From: an uncultured Aminicenantes bacterium
Lineage (GTDB): Bacteria > Acidobacteriota > Aminicenantia > UBA2199
Direction: 5' to 3'
Assembly: GCA_965195285.1 (NCBI GenBank)
Contig: CBDAFS010000059.1
Coordinates: forward strand, 8,866 to 72,865
Length of the DNA: 64,000 bases
The notes under the pieces were generated by a model that was not told the origin of the DNA, did no database searches, and saw nothing but the letters and a program-made list of their open reading frames with translations. Each line of letters begins with the position of its first letter. Positions within the stretch are counted from its first letter, which is position 1. This document shows positions 27,349 through 38,700 of this stretch, in pieces. The position numbers were made by a program, and so were the translations under genes.

Positions 27349-28500
27349 TTAATATGTTTCATCCAGGAATTTCTTGATCCGCTGAGCCCCCTCCCGGATG
27401 ATATTTAATTCCGCGGCAATGTTCAGCCGGATATATGAAGTAGATGTTGGAGAAAAATTTTCTCCCGGTACCACACCCACCCGGACTCGGTGAAAAAGGT
27501 CCAGGGCAAAAGCAAAGCCATCTTCAAATTTCCTGGGCAGGCCGGCCCAGAGAAAATAGCCGCCCTGAATTTCAGGGACGGTGAAGTTGGCCTCAAGCAG
27601 AACCTGACGCAGGTAGGCATATGATTGCCGGCATTTTTCTCTGATGGTTTTCAAATAGTCCTGGCCATGACGGTTTTCAACCAGATATTGATGGATGACC
27701 GCCTGGAAAAGTGTGGGGGCACTTAACCCAGTATAGTCATGGATGGTCCTGATTTTTTTCATACGGTTTTTTTCGGCAATCACATATCCGATTCTCCAGC
27801 CGGTGATACTGAGCATTTTGGAGAAGGAATTCACATAGAATAACCGATCGTAATGGCTGGAAAGCGGTTGAAGAGCCAGGGGATTGAAAGGAGGTTCATT
27901 GAAATAGATATCCTGGTAGACGGTATCGAAGATGATATAGAAATCCAGTTTTTTTGATAGCAAAATGATATTTCGGATTTCATCCGCGGTCCAGATTTTA
28001 CCCAGGGGATTTCCGGGTGAGGCGATGAATACGATCTTTACCCGCCTGTTTATGATTATTCTTTCCAGTCTTTCAAAATCTACGGACAGGTCCGGTGCAA
28101 AATCCAGGTATTCAAAGGGAAGGTTCAGGAATGTGGCCAGTTTGGGGTAGCTTTCGTATACCGGATTAAACGATAAGACCGAATAGGGACGTTCCAAAAG
28201 GGTGTTCAGGTAGAATGCAGTCAAGAATATACCCTCGGTGGCACCCTGGACCACGACCAGGTTATCGGTGCTAAGCGGGAAAAATTCGGAATATTTCCGG
28301 GCCAGAAGGGTTAACAATTTTAGGTTGCCATGGCCGGGTGCATATTGGTGGTAAGGGGAATGATTGCTGAATGCTTTCAACAATTCCAGAAGTTCCCCGG
28401 GGGGGAGAAAACCCGGTTTGCCCTGAGCCAGATTTATACTGCCTTCCTGACTGGCCATCCGGCTGAAATAACTGATCAGAGATCCGGTGGGTTTCTTCAT
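27349..28500 (-). CDS. PLP-dependent aminotransferase class I/II
   Basis: INLAQG, PGNPLG, DTVY, SFSKMLSITGWRIGY, YIRL. Confidence 0.9.
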   Translation of the reverse strand: MKKPTGSLISYFSRMASQEGSINLAQGKPGFLPPGELLELLKAFSNHSPYHQYAPGHGNLKLLTLLARKYSEFFPLSTDNLVVVQGATEGIFLTAFYLNTLLERPYSVLSFNPVYESYPKLATFLNLPFEYLDFAPDLSVDFERLERIIINRRVKIVFIASPGNPLGKIWTADEIRNIILLSKKLDFYIIFDTVYQDIYFNEPPFNPLALQPLSSHYDRLFYVNSFSKMLSITGWRIGYVIAEKNRMKKIRTIHDYTGLSAPTLFQAVIHQYLVENRHGQDYLKTIREKCRQSYAYLRQVLLEANFTVPEIQGGYFLWAGLPRKFEDGFAFALDLFHRVRVGVVPGENFSPTSTSYIRLNIAAELNIIREGAQRIKKFLDETY

Positions 28501-28543
28501 GTCAGGTTTTTATGAACTGAAGCAGGAAAAACCGGGTGGAGAT

Positions 28544-29194
28544 TTACTCCAGGTTTTGGAGTAAGGTTCGGGCTTCATCGGCATAAACGGATTGGGGAAA
28601 CTCGCTCACCAATTTGTTTAGCTGGGTGATGGCGGATTGATTTTGGTTGATTCTGATCTGGATTCGAGCGATTTTTAAAAGAATAAAATCCTTGGCCAAT
28701 TCGGATTTCCCATCCGCCAATATTTTGTTCAGAATATCAATGGCTTCACGTTCCTGGTCAGAGGCAGCCAGGATTTCCGCTTCCAGTAATTTTTTCTGAT
28801 CATTGACTATTTTGAGGTGACTGCTGCGGAAATGGGACAGGGTTTCCTCTGCTTTTTTAAACTCTCCCTTTTCAAAATACAGGGAAGCAATAAACAAGTG
28901 GATAGATGAGGAGATTCCGCTTCGGTTCTCCAACTGGCTCAATTCCTTTATTTTCTGGTCTGAATCCAGTGTGGTTGAATTTTTAATCTCCAGGGCCCGG
29001 GAGTATAGTTGGTTGTCATTGGCAATGGATTGGGATTTAAAAAAAATGATAACCAGAATGATGATGCCCAGGGCCAGGCAAATGCCCAGGGCGAATAATA
29101 TTTCTCTTTTGAATTGCCTGATTTTATCAATGACTTTTTCAAATAAATTTATGAAAGGATCTTCTTTTAAGTGAGCTCTCTCTTTCTTCTTCAT
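28544..29194 (-). CDS. Membrane-anchored TPR protein (YfgM-like)
   Basis: MKKKERAHLKEDPF N-terminus, single TM, TPR-like helices ending FPQSVY. Confidence 0.65.
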   Translation of the reverse strand: MKKKERAHLKEDPFINLFEKVIDKIRQFKREILFALGICLALGIIILVIIFFKSQSIANDNQLYSRALEIKNSTTLDSDQKIKELSQLENRSGISSSIHLFIASLYFEKGEFKKAEETLSHFRSSHLKIVNDQKKLLEAEILAASDQEREAIDILNKILADGKSELAKDFILLKIARIQIRINQNQSAITQLNKLVSEFPQSVYADEARTLLQNLE

Positions 29195-29313
29195 AATTTT
29201 ACCTCAAAAATCATATTATCATTATTGATGTGGCCTGTCAATAAGCCGGGGTGCAGTACTTCCTGAACAACAATCCGATCTTCGTGCCCATGTTGTTCGA
29301 ACCGGGTTGATCC

Positions 29314-30726
29314 TCATCTTCTTCTCAGAAAGATGGCGCTCCGGGAATACTGGCGGGAAAGGGTTAAATCCCCCTGCTTTTCATAAATTTCCGCCAAAAA
29401 ACGGTGTAATCTGGGAATGAAGGGATTTATCTCCATCAGATTTTGGGTATTTTTAAGGGCTGTAGCTGTATCCCCCTTACCGTATAATTTTACGATTCGA
29501 TCAAAATCATTTAAATAGTAAAGATTGTCATAGGTCTGCAATTCAAAGGGGTTTTTCAGGATGAAAGGTAAATCAGGGAGTTCTTTGATAAGGTTAAGAT
29601 TGGGGATGTATTTCTTAAAAATAATCAGCAGCGGGACGCTTTTCTTTTCCAGAGAGAGGGAAAAAGAAAATAATCCGATCAGGTTTTCATCATCCGGATA
29701 ATAAAAGAGGGCAATCTTTAGATTTTCCATGGCCAGGGATTGTTTTCTCTGAACCATTAAACACTTGATATAATTAAAATAAACCTGGGGGTCCTTTTTG
29801 GTCTGCAGCGAATGGTGAAAATGGTCGCAAGCCCGGGAATGGCGGCCCTCCCTGGCCTGAATGACCCCGAGATTGTTTTGGGTTTCGGCAATAAATTGTT
29901 TTTCATTTTGGAGTTGATGAAGTATTTCGGTTGCCTGATGGGACTGTCCCGTATCGATGAGATGGATGGTTTTTAGGAATTGCTTCGAAGGCCCAAACAG
30001 GATAGAGTCGGTGATTTGATCCAGATATTGCTGTGATTTCCGGGCATTGCCCACTATTGAGTAGGCCTTGGAAATTTCGAAATTCAGAAAATCAGAATCC
30101 GGTTGCTTCGCAACCAGGGTTTCCAGAAGGGAGATTTTTCTTTGCATATCGGATATCAGGAAGCTTTTGACAAAGGTTTCATAGTGGTGATAATTCAGTT
30201 TCAGGTCAGGGTATAGATTGGATTTTTTTTTAAAATAATTTAATACCAGATTCAATAGCTCCTGTTTAACCGTATAAAAATCCTTTAAATGAAATTTGAT
30301 TAAGGGGAGGTATTTCTGGGAATAGGTTTCCGGTGCGACAATATAGGTTCGAATTTGAACGTTGGGAGTCTGGGGATCTTCTGAGGCCACCACCTCTCCC
30401 CATACAATGGTTTTTGCCTGGGCCAGCATGGCCAGCTTGATGCAGCTTGCTTTGGAAATCAGATAGGGGAATTTGATGTTGTAGGTGTTTAGCAGTGATT
30501 GGGTAATGGAATCGGATACGGTTTCAATGGAATTCAATTCCAGTCCCTGGGTGAGGTAATAGGAAATGGCCAGTCCCAGCCATTGATAATTTTTCTTTTT
30601 CAGGGAATCGACCTGAAAAGGAAACACCATGCATTGGGCCGGTAGCTGAGTAGCAAAACAGATCATTAATAGCAAGGGCAACCATTTTTTCAGGTTTTTT
30701 AAGCTTTTCATATCAGGGATGCTCAT
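29314..30726 (-). CDS. Exported TPR protein with TolB-N/CsgG-like N-terminal domain
   Basis: Signal peptide, VFPF...YQWLG, TPRs (NNLGVI). Confidence 0.55.
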   Translation of the reverse strand: MSIPDMKSLKNLKKWLPLLLMICFATQLPAQCMVFPFQVDSLKKKNYQWLGLAISYYLTQGLELNSIETVSDSITQSLLNTYNIKFPYLISKASCIKLAMLAQAKTIVWGEVVASEDPQTPNVQIRTYIVAPETYSQKYLPLIKFHLKDFYTVKQELLNLVLNYFKKKSNLYPDLKLNYHHYETFVKSFLISDMQRKISLLETLVAKQPDSDFLNFEISKAYSIVGNARKSQQYLDQITDSILFGPSKQFLKTIHLIDTGQSHQATEILHQLQNEKQFIAETQNNLGVIQAREGRHSRACDHFHHSLQTKKDPQVYFNYIKCLMVQRKQSLAMENLKIALFYYPDDENLIGLFSFSLSLEKKSVPLLIIFKKYIPNLNLIKELPDLPFILKNPFELQTYDNLYYLNDFDRIVKLYGKGDTATALKNTQNLMEINPFIPRLHRFLAEIYEKQGDLTLSRQYSRSAIFLRRR

Positions 30727-32380
30727 AGAAAAGGCCCAGGAATTCTTTCAGCAAATAGGCTCCGTTCAATTCAGCTTTTCCGGCTCCTTCCAGGATAAAA
30801 GCAAAGGCATATTTTGGTTTGGCTGCCGGAAAAAAGCCGATGATGATTGAGTTTAGCCCCTGTTTCTTTTGGCCGGCTGTTCCGGTTTTAATGGCGGTTT
30901 TTACAAATTGAACTTTTGAATGCCGTCCGGTTCCCAGCCTGTTTTCGACCACCTCAACCATGGCCTGGGAAATTCTAAAGAAAATGGGATTATTATCGAA
31001 AACACTGACAATTTCGGGTTGGTGGTTATAGAATCCGAGGTTTAAAATATTTTTTTTATTGATGATCAGATAGGGCCTGTTTATGGAACCATTCTGGGCG
31101 ATTATCAGGGCCATCAATCCCGAGTGAAAAGTGGTTGAGGTGATGTCATTCAATCCCACCGCCAGATTGGCCAGCTGGTAATCACCTGAGATATTCAGGT
31201 TATAACTTCCGGTTTTAAAGGTGAGGAACTGATCCCTGAATCCTTTGGCGTTAAAAAAGAAGGAATCCAGAACACGGGATAACGACTTGAATCCGACCGC
31301 GATTCCCATTCGGGCAAAGGCGATATTACAGGAGACCACCAGGGCATACTGTGGGTTTTCAATGATGCCGTGAGCAATTCGATCCGGAAAACTCCGGTTG
31401 CTCAATCGAATGGCCCGCCGGCATTCAAAGGGGAAAAGATCCTTTTTCGGATTCAAGTAAAAAGCAAATAAAGTCAAGGTTTTGATAATAGAGCCCGGCT
31501 CGAACTCTGCCGTAAACACGGTATTTGATTTCATTGGCTGCCGGGATTTGGAAAAAGCAGCCAGAATACTGCTGTCTTCAATTTTAAATAAAATCATTGA
31601 ACCCCGGTACTTACTAAATACCCGGTCAATCTTATTTTGAATATCCAAATCCAGGCTCAGGGTATAGGTCTTTATCCCCTTCTCAAACCGGGGCGTAAAT
31701 TCATCGAAATGCATTCCCGGGGTAACTGAAACCGTCTTTCGGGTTTTCAGGTCGTAATGGGCCAGCGGTTTTCCGTTTTTATCAAATATGTAGTCAATTG
31801 TACCGGACTTCAGTTTGGAATTCAGATCGGATACCAGGTCAATGGCCCGGGTGAGTGACTTTCGTTGCCCGGATGATATCCGGCCCAGCTGTTTTTCCGA
31901 TTCTCCGTATTTAAAGAAGGCGGTTAGATACAGCGCTTTGTAAAAATGTACCGATTCCTGCTTGTTGATCAGATAATCGGTGTAAATTTTAAGCTCATCA
32001 TATTTTGATTGTTCGGCAAAATGGTTTAAAAAACGTCTGGCAGAGATTGAGGTTTTTGGTTTTTCCAGGCTATTCAAGATCAGGTATGCATTTTTCACAT
32101 CCCCGCTGAACAGATTAATAAGGGCATTCAGTTCTTTAATGGTCTGGTTATGCAGTATTGAATTTTTGAGGGTTTTGAATAACTCTGCGGCTTCTGCCTG
32201 CTGGTCATTCAAGAGGAGGTTCTGAATTTTTTTGATTTTTTTATCCTGCTGAAAATACTGAAAAAGAAAAACAGCCAGAAGAAAAACCACGACCATGGCG
32301 ATAATTTTCAGTTTTTTCAGTCGCTTTTTTCTTTTTTGATGTTCAAAGGAAAATGCAACGTGTTTGTAGTCAATCACCAT
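30713..32380 (-). CDS. Penicillin-binding transpeptidase-domain protein
   Basis: SxxK (PGSIIK), SxN (SCN), KTG (KTGTA); N-terminal TM. Start set to ATG 32380, overlapping the gmhA end. Confidence 0.85.
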   Translation of the reverse strand: MVIDYKHVAFSFEHQKRKKRLKKLKIIAMVVVFLLAVFLFQYFQQDKKIKKIQNLLLNDQQAEAAELFKTLKNSILHNQTIKELNALINLFSGDVKNAYLILNSLEKPKTSISARRFLNHFAEQSKYDELKIYTDYLINKQESVHFYKALYLTAFFKYGESEKQLGRISSGQRKSLTRAIDLVSDLNSKLKSGTIDYIFDKNGKPLAHYDLKTRKTVSVTPGMHFDEFTPRFEKGIKTYTLSLDLDIQNKIDRVFSKYRGSMILFKIEDSSILAAFSKSRQPMKSNTVFTAEFEPGSIIKTLTLFAFYLNPKKDLFPFECRRAIRLSNRSFPDRIAHGIIENPQYALVVSCNIAFARMGIAVGFKSLSRVLDSFFFNAKGFRDQFLTFKTGSYNLNISGDYQLANLAVGLNDITSTTFHSGLMALIIAQNGSINRPYLIINKKNILNLGFYNHQPEIVSVFDNNPIFFRISQAMVEVVENRLGTGRHSKVQFVKTAIKTGTAGQKKQGLNSIIIGFFPAAKPKYAFAFILEGAGKAELNGAYLLKEFLGLFYEHP

Positions 32381-32957
32381 TATCTTCGGCTTCTCCAAAT
32401 AAATCCGCTTCCAGTTTTTCAGCCATGGTGTGCAATATGAACAGATGAATTTCCTGAATGGCCGGTGTGTCATCACAATCCACGGCTATGATCAGATCTG
32501 TTTCTGCTGTTTTCAAATCGTCTGTATTCCGGCCGCTCAGGCAAATGGTTTCAAGATGTTTGTGTTTGGCCAGTTTTAGGGCTTCCAGAACGTTTTTTGA
32601 GCGACCGCTGGTCGTGATACCCAGGGCGATGTCGCCGGGTTTTCCCAGGGCTTCTATTTGTTTTGAGAATACATGTTTAAAATCGAAATCATTGGCAATT
32701 GAAGTTATATTGGCGCCATTATCGGTGAGGGAAATACCGGGAATACCGCCACGCTTCAGATAAAACTTGTTGACCATTTCAGCTGCAAAATGCGATGCCT
32801 GGCTGGCTGAACCTCCGTTCCCGAAAATCAAAATTTTATTCCCTCTTTTTACTGCGGTCACCATCATTTCGGCGGCTCTGAGAATTGCGGTTTGGGATTT
32901 TAATTGGTCCAATAATAATTTTCGAAGATTTATATTGTCTTGAAAATTAGTAGGCAT
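32370..32957 (-). CDS. gmhA: Sedoheptulose-7-phosphate isomerase (SIS domain)
   Basis: FGNGGS, HFAAE, AND, TTSGRS, IQEIH; start ATG 32957 after GGAGG. Confidence 0.85.
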   Translation of the reverse strand: MPTNFQDNINLRKLLLDQLKSQTAILRAAEMMVTAVKRGNKILIFGNGGSASQASHFAAEMVNKFYLKRGGIPGISLTDNGANITSIANDFDFKHVFSKQIEALGKPGDIALGITTSGRSKNVLEALKLAKHKHLETICLSGRNTDDLKTAETDLIIAVDCDDTPAIQEIHLFILHTMAEKLEADLFGEAEDNGD

Positions 32958-33134
32958 GAATTCCTCCTTCCCGGTTGTTCCAATTTGTTCAACGAATGGT
33001 TTGTTTTCGCTTTCATCACTTGTATATAAACAATTTATTTCCACTTTTGTCAAGGAATTGGTTGACATTTTGGCGGCTTTTTGATAAAAATCAATATTCA
33101 TTGTTTTTGATCTAAAAAAAAAGGAGGTATTTTT

Positions 33135-34493
33135 GTGAGTTTAACAAATGATGTTATTGAAAGAGTAAAATCAAAAAATCCAGCCGAACCCGAATTTCAT
33201 CAGGCAGTCGAAGAGGTAATGGAATCACTTGAGCCCACTGTAGAAAAACATCCCGAATTTGTAAAAGCCGGGATTTATGACCGGATCGTCGAACCTGACC
33301 GGGCCATACTTTTCCGGGTTCCCTGGGCAGATGACCGGGGAAATGTTCAGGTAAACAAGGGATTCAGAGTCCAATATAACAATGCTATCGGTCCCTACAA
33401 GGGTGGTTTACGGTTTCACCCTTCTGTTAATCTTGGGATTATCAAATTCCTTGGGTTTGAACAGATATTTAAAAATTCTTTGACTACCCTCCCAATGGGT
33501 GGAGGCAAGGGCGGCTCTGATTTTGATCCCAAGGGGAAATCCGATGGTGAAGTCATGAGATTTTGTCAGGCTTTCATGAGGGAATTATTCCGTCACATCG
33601 GTCCTGATGTTGATGTTCCTGCCGGAGATATCGGTGTTGGCGGCAGAGAGATCGGGTATTTATTCGGATATTACAAAAAGCTCCGCAATGAGCATACCGG
33701 TGTGTTGACCGGTAAGGGTATCGAATGGGGTGGAAGTTTGATCCGACCCGAAGCCACGGGTTACGGTGCTGTCTATTTCGCCGCTGAGATGCTGAATGTG
33801 AAGGGAGAAAACCTGGAAGGAAAAACCGCTCTGGTATCCGGTTCGGGGAATGTTGCCCAGTTTGCAGTTGAAAAATTACTGGACCTGGGAGCCAAGCCGC
33901 TGACCCTTTCGGATTCCTCCGGTTACATCTTTGATGAGGAAGGAATTAATCGGGAAAAGTTGAACTTCGTGATGGACCTGAAGAATATTCGCCGTGGTCG
34001 GATTAAGGAATACGTCGAAACCTATAGGAATGCAGTTTATACCCCTATTGATTCCAATCAAGATTTCAATCCGCTCTGGAATCACAAAGCCGATGTGGCT
34101 TTCCCCAGTGCTACTCAGAATGAAATCAATGAGAAAGACGCTCAGAATTTGGTTAGAAACGGCGTGAAAGCGATTTCCGAAGGAGCCAACATGCCCACCA
34201 TACCCGAAGGCATCAAGGTCTTTATGGATAGCGGTATCCTCTATGGACTGGGGAAGGCAGCCAATGCTGGCGGGGTGGCTGTTTCAGGCCTGGAAATGAG
34301 TCAGAACAGCCTGAGACTGAGCTGGACCCGCGAAGAAGTGGATGGCAAATTGAAAGGTATCATGCACAGTATTCATAAAGCTGCCTATGAGACCTCAAAA
34401 GCCTATGGTGACCCGGGCAATTATCCAATGGGAGCCAATATTGCCGGATTTACCAAGGTTGCCAAGGCCATGCTGGCTTACGGAGTTGTATAA
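33135..34493 (+). CDS. gdhA: NADP-specific glutamate dehydrogenase
   Basis: GPYKGGLRFH, GGGKGG, DVPAGDIGVG, RPEATGYG, KAANAGGV; SD AAGGAGG. Confidence 0.97.
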   Translation: MSLTNDVIERVKSKNPAEPEFHQAVEEVMESLEPTVEKHPEFVKAGIYDRIVEPDRAILFRVPWADDRGNVQVNKGFRVQYNNAIGPYKGGLRFHPSVNLGIIKFLGFEQIFKNSLTTLPMGGGKGGSDFDPKGKSDGEVMRFCQAFMRELFRHIGPDVDVPAGDIGVGGREIGYLFGYYKKLRNEHTGVLTGKGIEWGGSLIRPEATGYGAVYFAAEMLNVKGENLEGKTALVSGSGNVAQFAVEKLLDLGAKPLTLSDSSGYIFDEEGINREKLNFVMDLKNIRRGRIKEYVETYRNAVYTPIDSNQDFNPLWNHKADVAFPSATQNEINEKDAQNLVRNGVKAISEGANMPTIPEGIKVFMDSGILYGLGKAANAGGVAVSGLEMSQNSLRLSWTREEVDGKLKGIMHSIHKAAYETSKAYGDPGNYPMGANIAGFTKVAKAMLAYGVV

Positions 34494-34514
34494 CCAGACA
34501 AGTTCGATAAATAT

Positions 34515-34545
34515 AAAGGGGAGTTTTTTACTCCCCTTTTTTTTT
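34515..34545 (+). terminator. Intrinsic terminator after gdhA
   Basis: AAAGGGGAG-loop-CTCCCCTTT followed by a T run. Confidence 0.85.
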
Positions 34546-34684
34546 AAAATTCAGGGATGAAATTTCCAAAGGCGATTTGTATATACTTGAATTCTTTTCT
34601 TAAAGGGTGTATAAATATATTGATTCTCAGCCGGAAACGGTCAATATTGCCCTCTTGACCCTGACTGAGAACCAGAGAGATAAA

Positions 34685-35731
34685 ATGGAAAACGAACAAG
34701 ATGTTTTCAAGTATTATTTAAAAGAAAAAAAAACCTTTTCCCAGTTGATCAGGCAGCCGAAATTCTGGTTAATTGTCGTTGTGATGTTGGTTGGCGCTTT
34801 TCTGGCTTTTCAATTTTTTCTCACCAGTATAAAAAACCTCAGTACCGAAGAATTAAAAGCATCCATTGATATCGTTTGGCATGAGGCCCGCTGGGTCAAT
34901 AAAGATGTTTCACCCTATGGGGTCACCATTGTTCCCTCGATTGTCCTAAAAATCAAAAATATTGGTACCAAGCCCCTGAAGTATGTAAAATTTATCGGAA
35001 TTTTTCTTTTTGAGGAAAATAATAAGCAGTTGAGTGATGGGTTTATCTCGGTATTCAGAAAGGCCCTGAGTCCCGGAGAAACCAGTGAAGAAATTTTCAT
35101 AAAGGCTTTCAATGGCTACAAGGCCAAGTCAAAGGAATCATTCTTCAGAAACAAAAAAGGATGGAAGAAGGTCAAGGTCAAGGTATTTGCCGGTACCAGT
35201 TCCACCCCGGCTCTGCTGGGAGTTTTTCCGGTTAAGCAGGAGATTGAAGGCCTGAAAACCGATGATATTACCGAAGAGCAATCCGGAGACAGTGAAAAAA
35301 GATATTTAACCGAAGAATTGAGGAAATCCATTCAGATCGTGTGGAGTGACTCATACTGGATCTATAAAAAGTATTCCACTGAGGGTATCATTGTGGTTCC
35401 ATTTATCAAGATAAAAGTGAAAAATCTGGGAACTACACCCCTGAGGCATATTTCATTCAGGGGAAATTTTCAGCTGGTGAGCAGCGGAAAGCCATTCAGT
35501 CAAGGTATTACCATCGGGCTGGAAGAACTGCTGAGTCCTGAAAAAATCAGTGAGGAAATCCACATCTCGGGCGAGTACGGGTATTCGGTCTCATCGATGG
35601 AAGCCCTGGAGAGGAACAAGACCATGATGGAAAAATTGAAAGTCCGGGTGATGGCCAAAACAAAAGTATGCGATGAGGTACTTCTGGGGATTTTTCCCGT
35701 CAATGGGATCATTAAGGCAGAGAAAAAATAG
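34685..35731 (+). CDS. Membrane-anchored hypothetical protein with two tandem homologous beta-rich domains
   Basis: Single TM; repeats TEELKASIDIVW...IVP...KNIG...LSP...SEEI and TEELRKSIQIVW...VVP...KNLG...LSP...SEEI. Start uncertain. Confidence 0.75.
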   Translation: MENEQDVFKYYLKEKKTFSQLIRQPKFWLIVVVMLVGAFLAFQFFLTSIKNLSTEELKASIDIVWHEARWVNKDVSPYGVTIVPSIVLKIKNIGTKPLKYVKFIGIFLFEENNKQLSDGFISVFRKALSPGETSEEIFIKAFNGYKAKSKESFFRNKKGWKKVKVKVFAGTSSTPALLGVFPVKQEIEGLKTDDITEEQSGDSEKRYLTEELRKSIQIVWSDSYWIYKKYSTEGIIVVPFIKIKVKNLGTTPLRHISFRGNFQLVSSGKPFSQGITIGLEELLSPEKISEEIHISGEYGYSVSSMEALERNKTMMEKLKVRVMAKTKVCDEVLLGIFPVNGIIKAEKK

Positions 35732-35750
35732 TTTTTGCAATTTAAGCTGA

Positions 35751-38700
35751 ATGAAAAAAAACCATTTTAAGTTTTTTATTTTATGTTTCCTGTTTTCACT
35801 TCTTTTCCTGGTGATTCTACTGGGAATTAAACAGATTCGCTATAACCGTTGGCTGAGCCATGAAGCCCTGGAAAAAGGGGAATTGCTTTCGGAAAGAATT
35901 CTGGAACCCGAGCGTATCTTGTGGGGCAGGAGACTGGAACTGACCCGGCAGACGGCACTGTTTTTTCAAGAACTGCTGGAAAAAAATGTTAAGCCAAGGC
36001 GCCGGGTCTTTTCAACCAGCGGCAGCAGCCAGAGATATTTCAGCCAGGATAAGCAAGACCAGAGTTCAATGGGAGTTTTTATTTCGTCTCGGGATGTGGA
36101 AAAAAATGAGGTGAATAAAATAATTCAGGATTTTGCTCTGTTGGAGTCCCGGTTATCATCCGTCCGGGGCCAGGTGTTCAATACATTTTTTATTTCCAAG
36201 GATAATTGGATTTTCGTAAGTCCGGGAAAATGGATTGCCAATATCGGGGATGGGCATGATTTGAGAAATGATATTTTTTACCAGGCAGCTACCCCGGAAA
36301 AAAACCCCGATAAGTCTTTCATCACCACCGAAATATATTATGATAACATCTGGAAACACTGGATGATCGGATTGTTGATTCCAGTCTATATCAATGATGA
36401 ATTCAAAGGGGTTGCCGGACACAATGTGATTGTTGATGATTTTATAATGCATGCCCAAGCCAGAAAATATCTGGAAAATGGCCAATTGTACCTGGTCAAC
36501 CGGGATTCTGAGATTATCCTGCACCGGGATCTGATGACTTCATATCAGAACCGGAACTTTGAGATGAATCAGACATTTGCTTTTGAGAATGCGGTACAGG
36601 ACCCGGTGGCCAAAGCCGTTTTGGACCGTGTTCAAACGGGGACTGATCATGCACTGCTTGTCCCGGCAGGTGGGAAAAACCAGATTGCGGTGATCCGACA
36701 GCTTCCCGGGCTGGAGTGGCGGCTTGTCTGGGTACAGGAGCAGGATCAGTTGATTGGAAATCTGAACCGGGGAATCCGGGAGTTTATTCTGATTTGCTTT
36801 GCGGTTTTTATTCTATTTTTGATCTTGTTCTTGATTTTTTTCAGAACCACTTTGGTTATTCCCATCAAATCCATTATTAAAAATCTATCGAATTTTCAAC
36901 CCGGAACCGAGGTCATTATTCAAGATAGGAAAACCCAGTTTTTTCTGTTAAATGAATTGTTCAGCAATATTGAAAATGTGTTTGTTCGATTGAGCTCGAA
37001 TGTCAAGGAAATCGAAGAGTCCAAAGAATATGTCGAAACCCTGATGAAAACCGTTCAGGTTTTCATCATTGTACTGGATACGAAATTGAAACCGATATAT
37101 ATGAATGAATATGCCCTGAAAAAACTGGAAATCAACCGGGATGAAATATCCAAGCTGAACATATTTAAATACCTGGATAAAGTTTTTTTCAAGGAAATTG
37201 CACCGGAAATTGAAAAATCCGACAATATTCTTAACAAAGAAACCTTCATGACCTTAGGGAATGGCAAGACCATTGATGTCAACATTTCCATATCAAAGTT
37301 TTTTAACACCTCGAATCAATTGAACGGGTATATTTCGGTTGTGGATGATATTACCAAAAGAAAAAAAGCCGAAATGAACCTGAAAAATCAAATTGCCTTT
37401 TCCCGTCAGATATTTCGGGCCATACCGGATATAATTTTAATTGTTGATACCAATCTGAAGATTGTATTCTACAATCAAAAAGCGGAGAAAATCATTGAAA
37501 TGGCTTCCGAAGAAGAGAGAAACCTTTCTGCTTTTTTATCCACAGAATCGCTGGAAACCGGATTTGATGAATCCTTGCGGAATACCATCAACAAAGGCAG
37601 ATTTATCAAACAGATCAATGTACTGAATCCGTTCAAGCAGGGCTTCAATTATGTGGACCTGATCATTGAACCCCTGAAATCAACTTCTGAGATTATCGGT
37701 GGGTTGATTATCATGCGGGACATTTCGGAATGGAGAAACCTGACCGAGAGGATAAAAAACCTGCAGGAATTCATGGGCAGACTGATTGATGCCAGTCCTT
37801 ATGCGGTCATATCGGTGAACAAATTTGACAATATCGCCATTTGGAACAAGGAAGCGGAATACCTGTTCAATATAAACAGTTATCGGGCCCTCGATAACAA
37901 CATATTTGAAGTAAGTCCGTTTTTTCTGAGTTATAAGGATGTGATAAACGAAGCCAAAATTCTGAGGAAATCATTTTTTCTGAGTGATCAAAAAATGGAT
38001 TTTGGAGATGAGTCAACAGCGGTATTGAACCTGAATTTCTATCCGGTACAGAGTGAAGATCAACATGTGGTTATCAATATTGTTGATATATCCAAAATCA
38101 GGAAACTGGAGGATTCACTGCTTCAGGCCCAGAAAATGGAATCGCTGGGGGTTCTGACCAGCGGTATTATCCACGATTTCAATAACATTTTAAGCGGGAT
38201 TATCGGGTATGCATCCTTACTGAATAAGAAACTGGCTTCCAATTCCGAAGTCAACCAATACACTTCCAATATCATCGATTACAGTGAAAGGGCTTCGGGA
38301 ATGATCCGGCAAATACTGGGTTTTTCAAAAAAACGGTTATCCAAGAAGGAAGTGTTGGATATCAATGAGGTCATTGAAGGATTATTGAATTTTCTGAAAG
38401 TGAACCTGAAGAATATTGAAATCACCCGGGAATTCTCGCCTGAGAAAGTTCGACTGGTTGCCGATAAAACCAAGTTTTCCCAGGTGATCATCAATCTGAT
38501 CATCAATGCCAAAGAAGCCCTGGAAGAAAGCCTGAAACCGGAGATCATCGTGAAAATCGATGAAGTTGAGATCAAAGACCGGGAAAACCTCCTGGATGGG
38601 GTTTATGCAAAAATTGTCATTTCCGATAATGGCCAGGGTATCAAAAAAGAAAACCTGGAAAAAATATTCGAACCTTTTTTCAGCACAAAGGATAAACAAA

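Noticed and set aside
29265-29298. Inverted repeat GAACAACA...TGTTGTTC
   Set aside because: Single 8-bp stem with a long loop and no U-tract; not enough to call a terminator, ncRNA or repeat family.
32780-32825. GmhA motif variant GGSASQASH instead of GGSAADAQH
   Set aside because: The metal-ligand His, Glu, Gln and His positions appear retained, so this is not evidence of inactivity or a new function.
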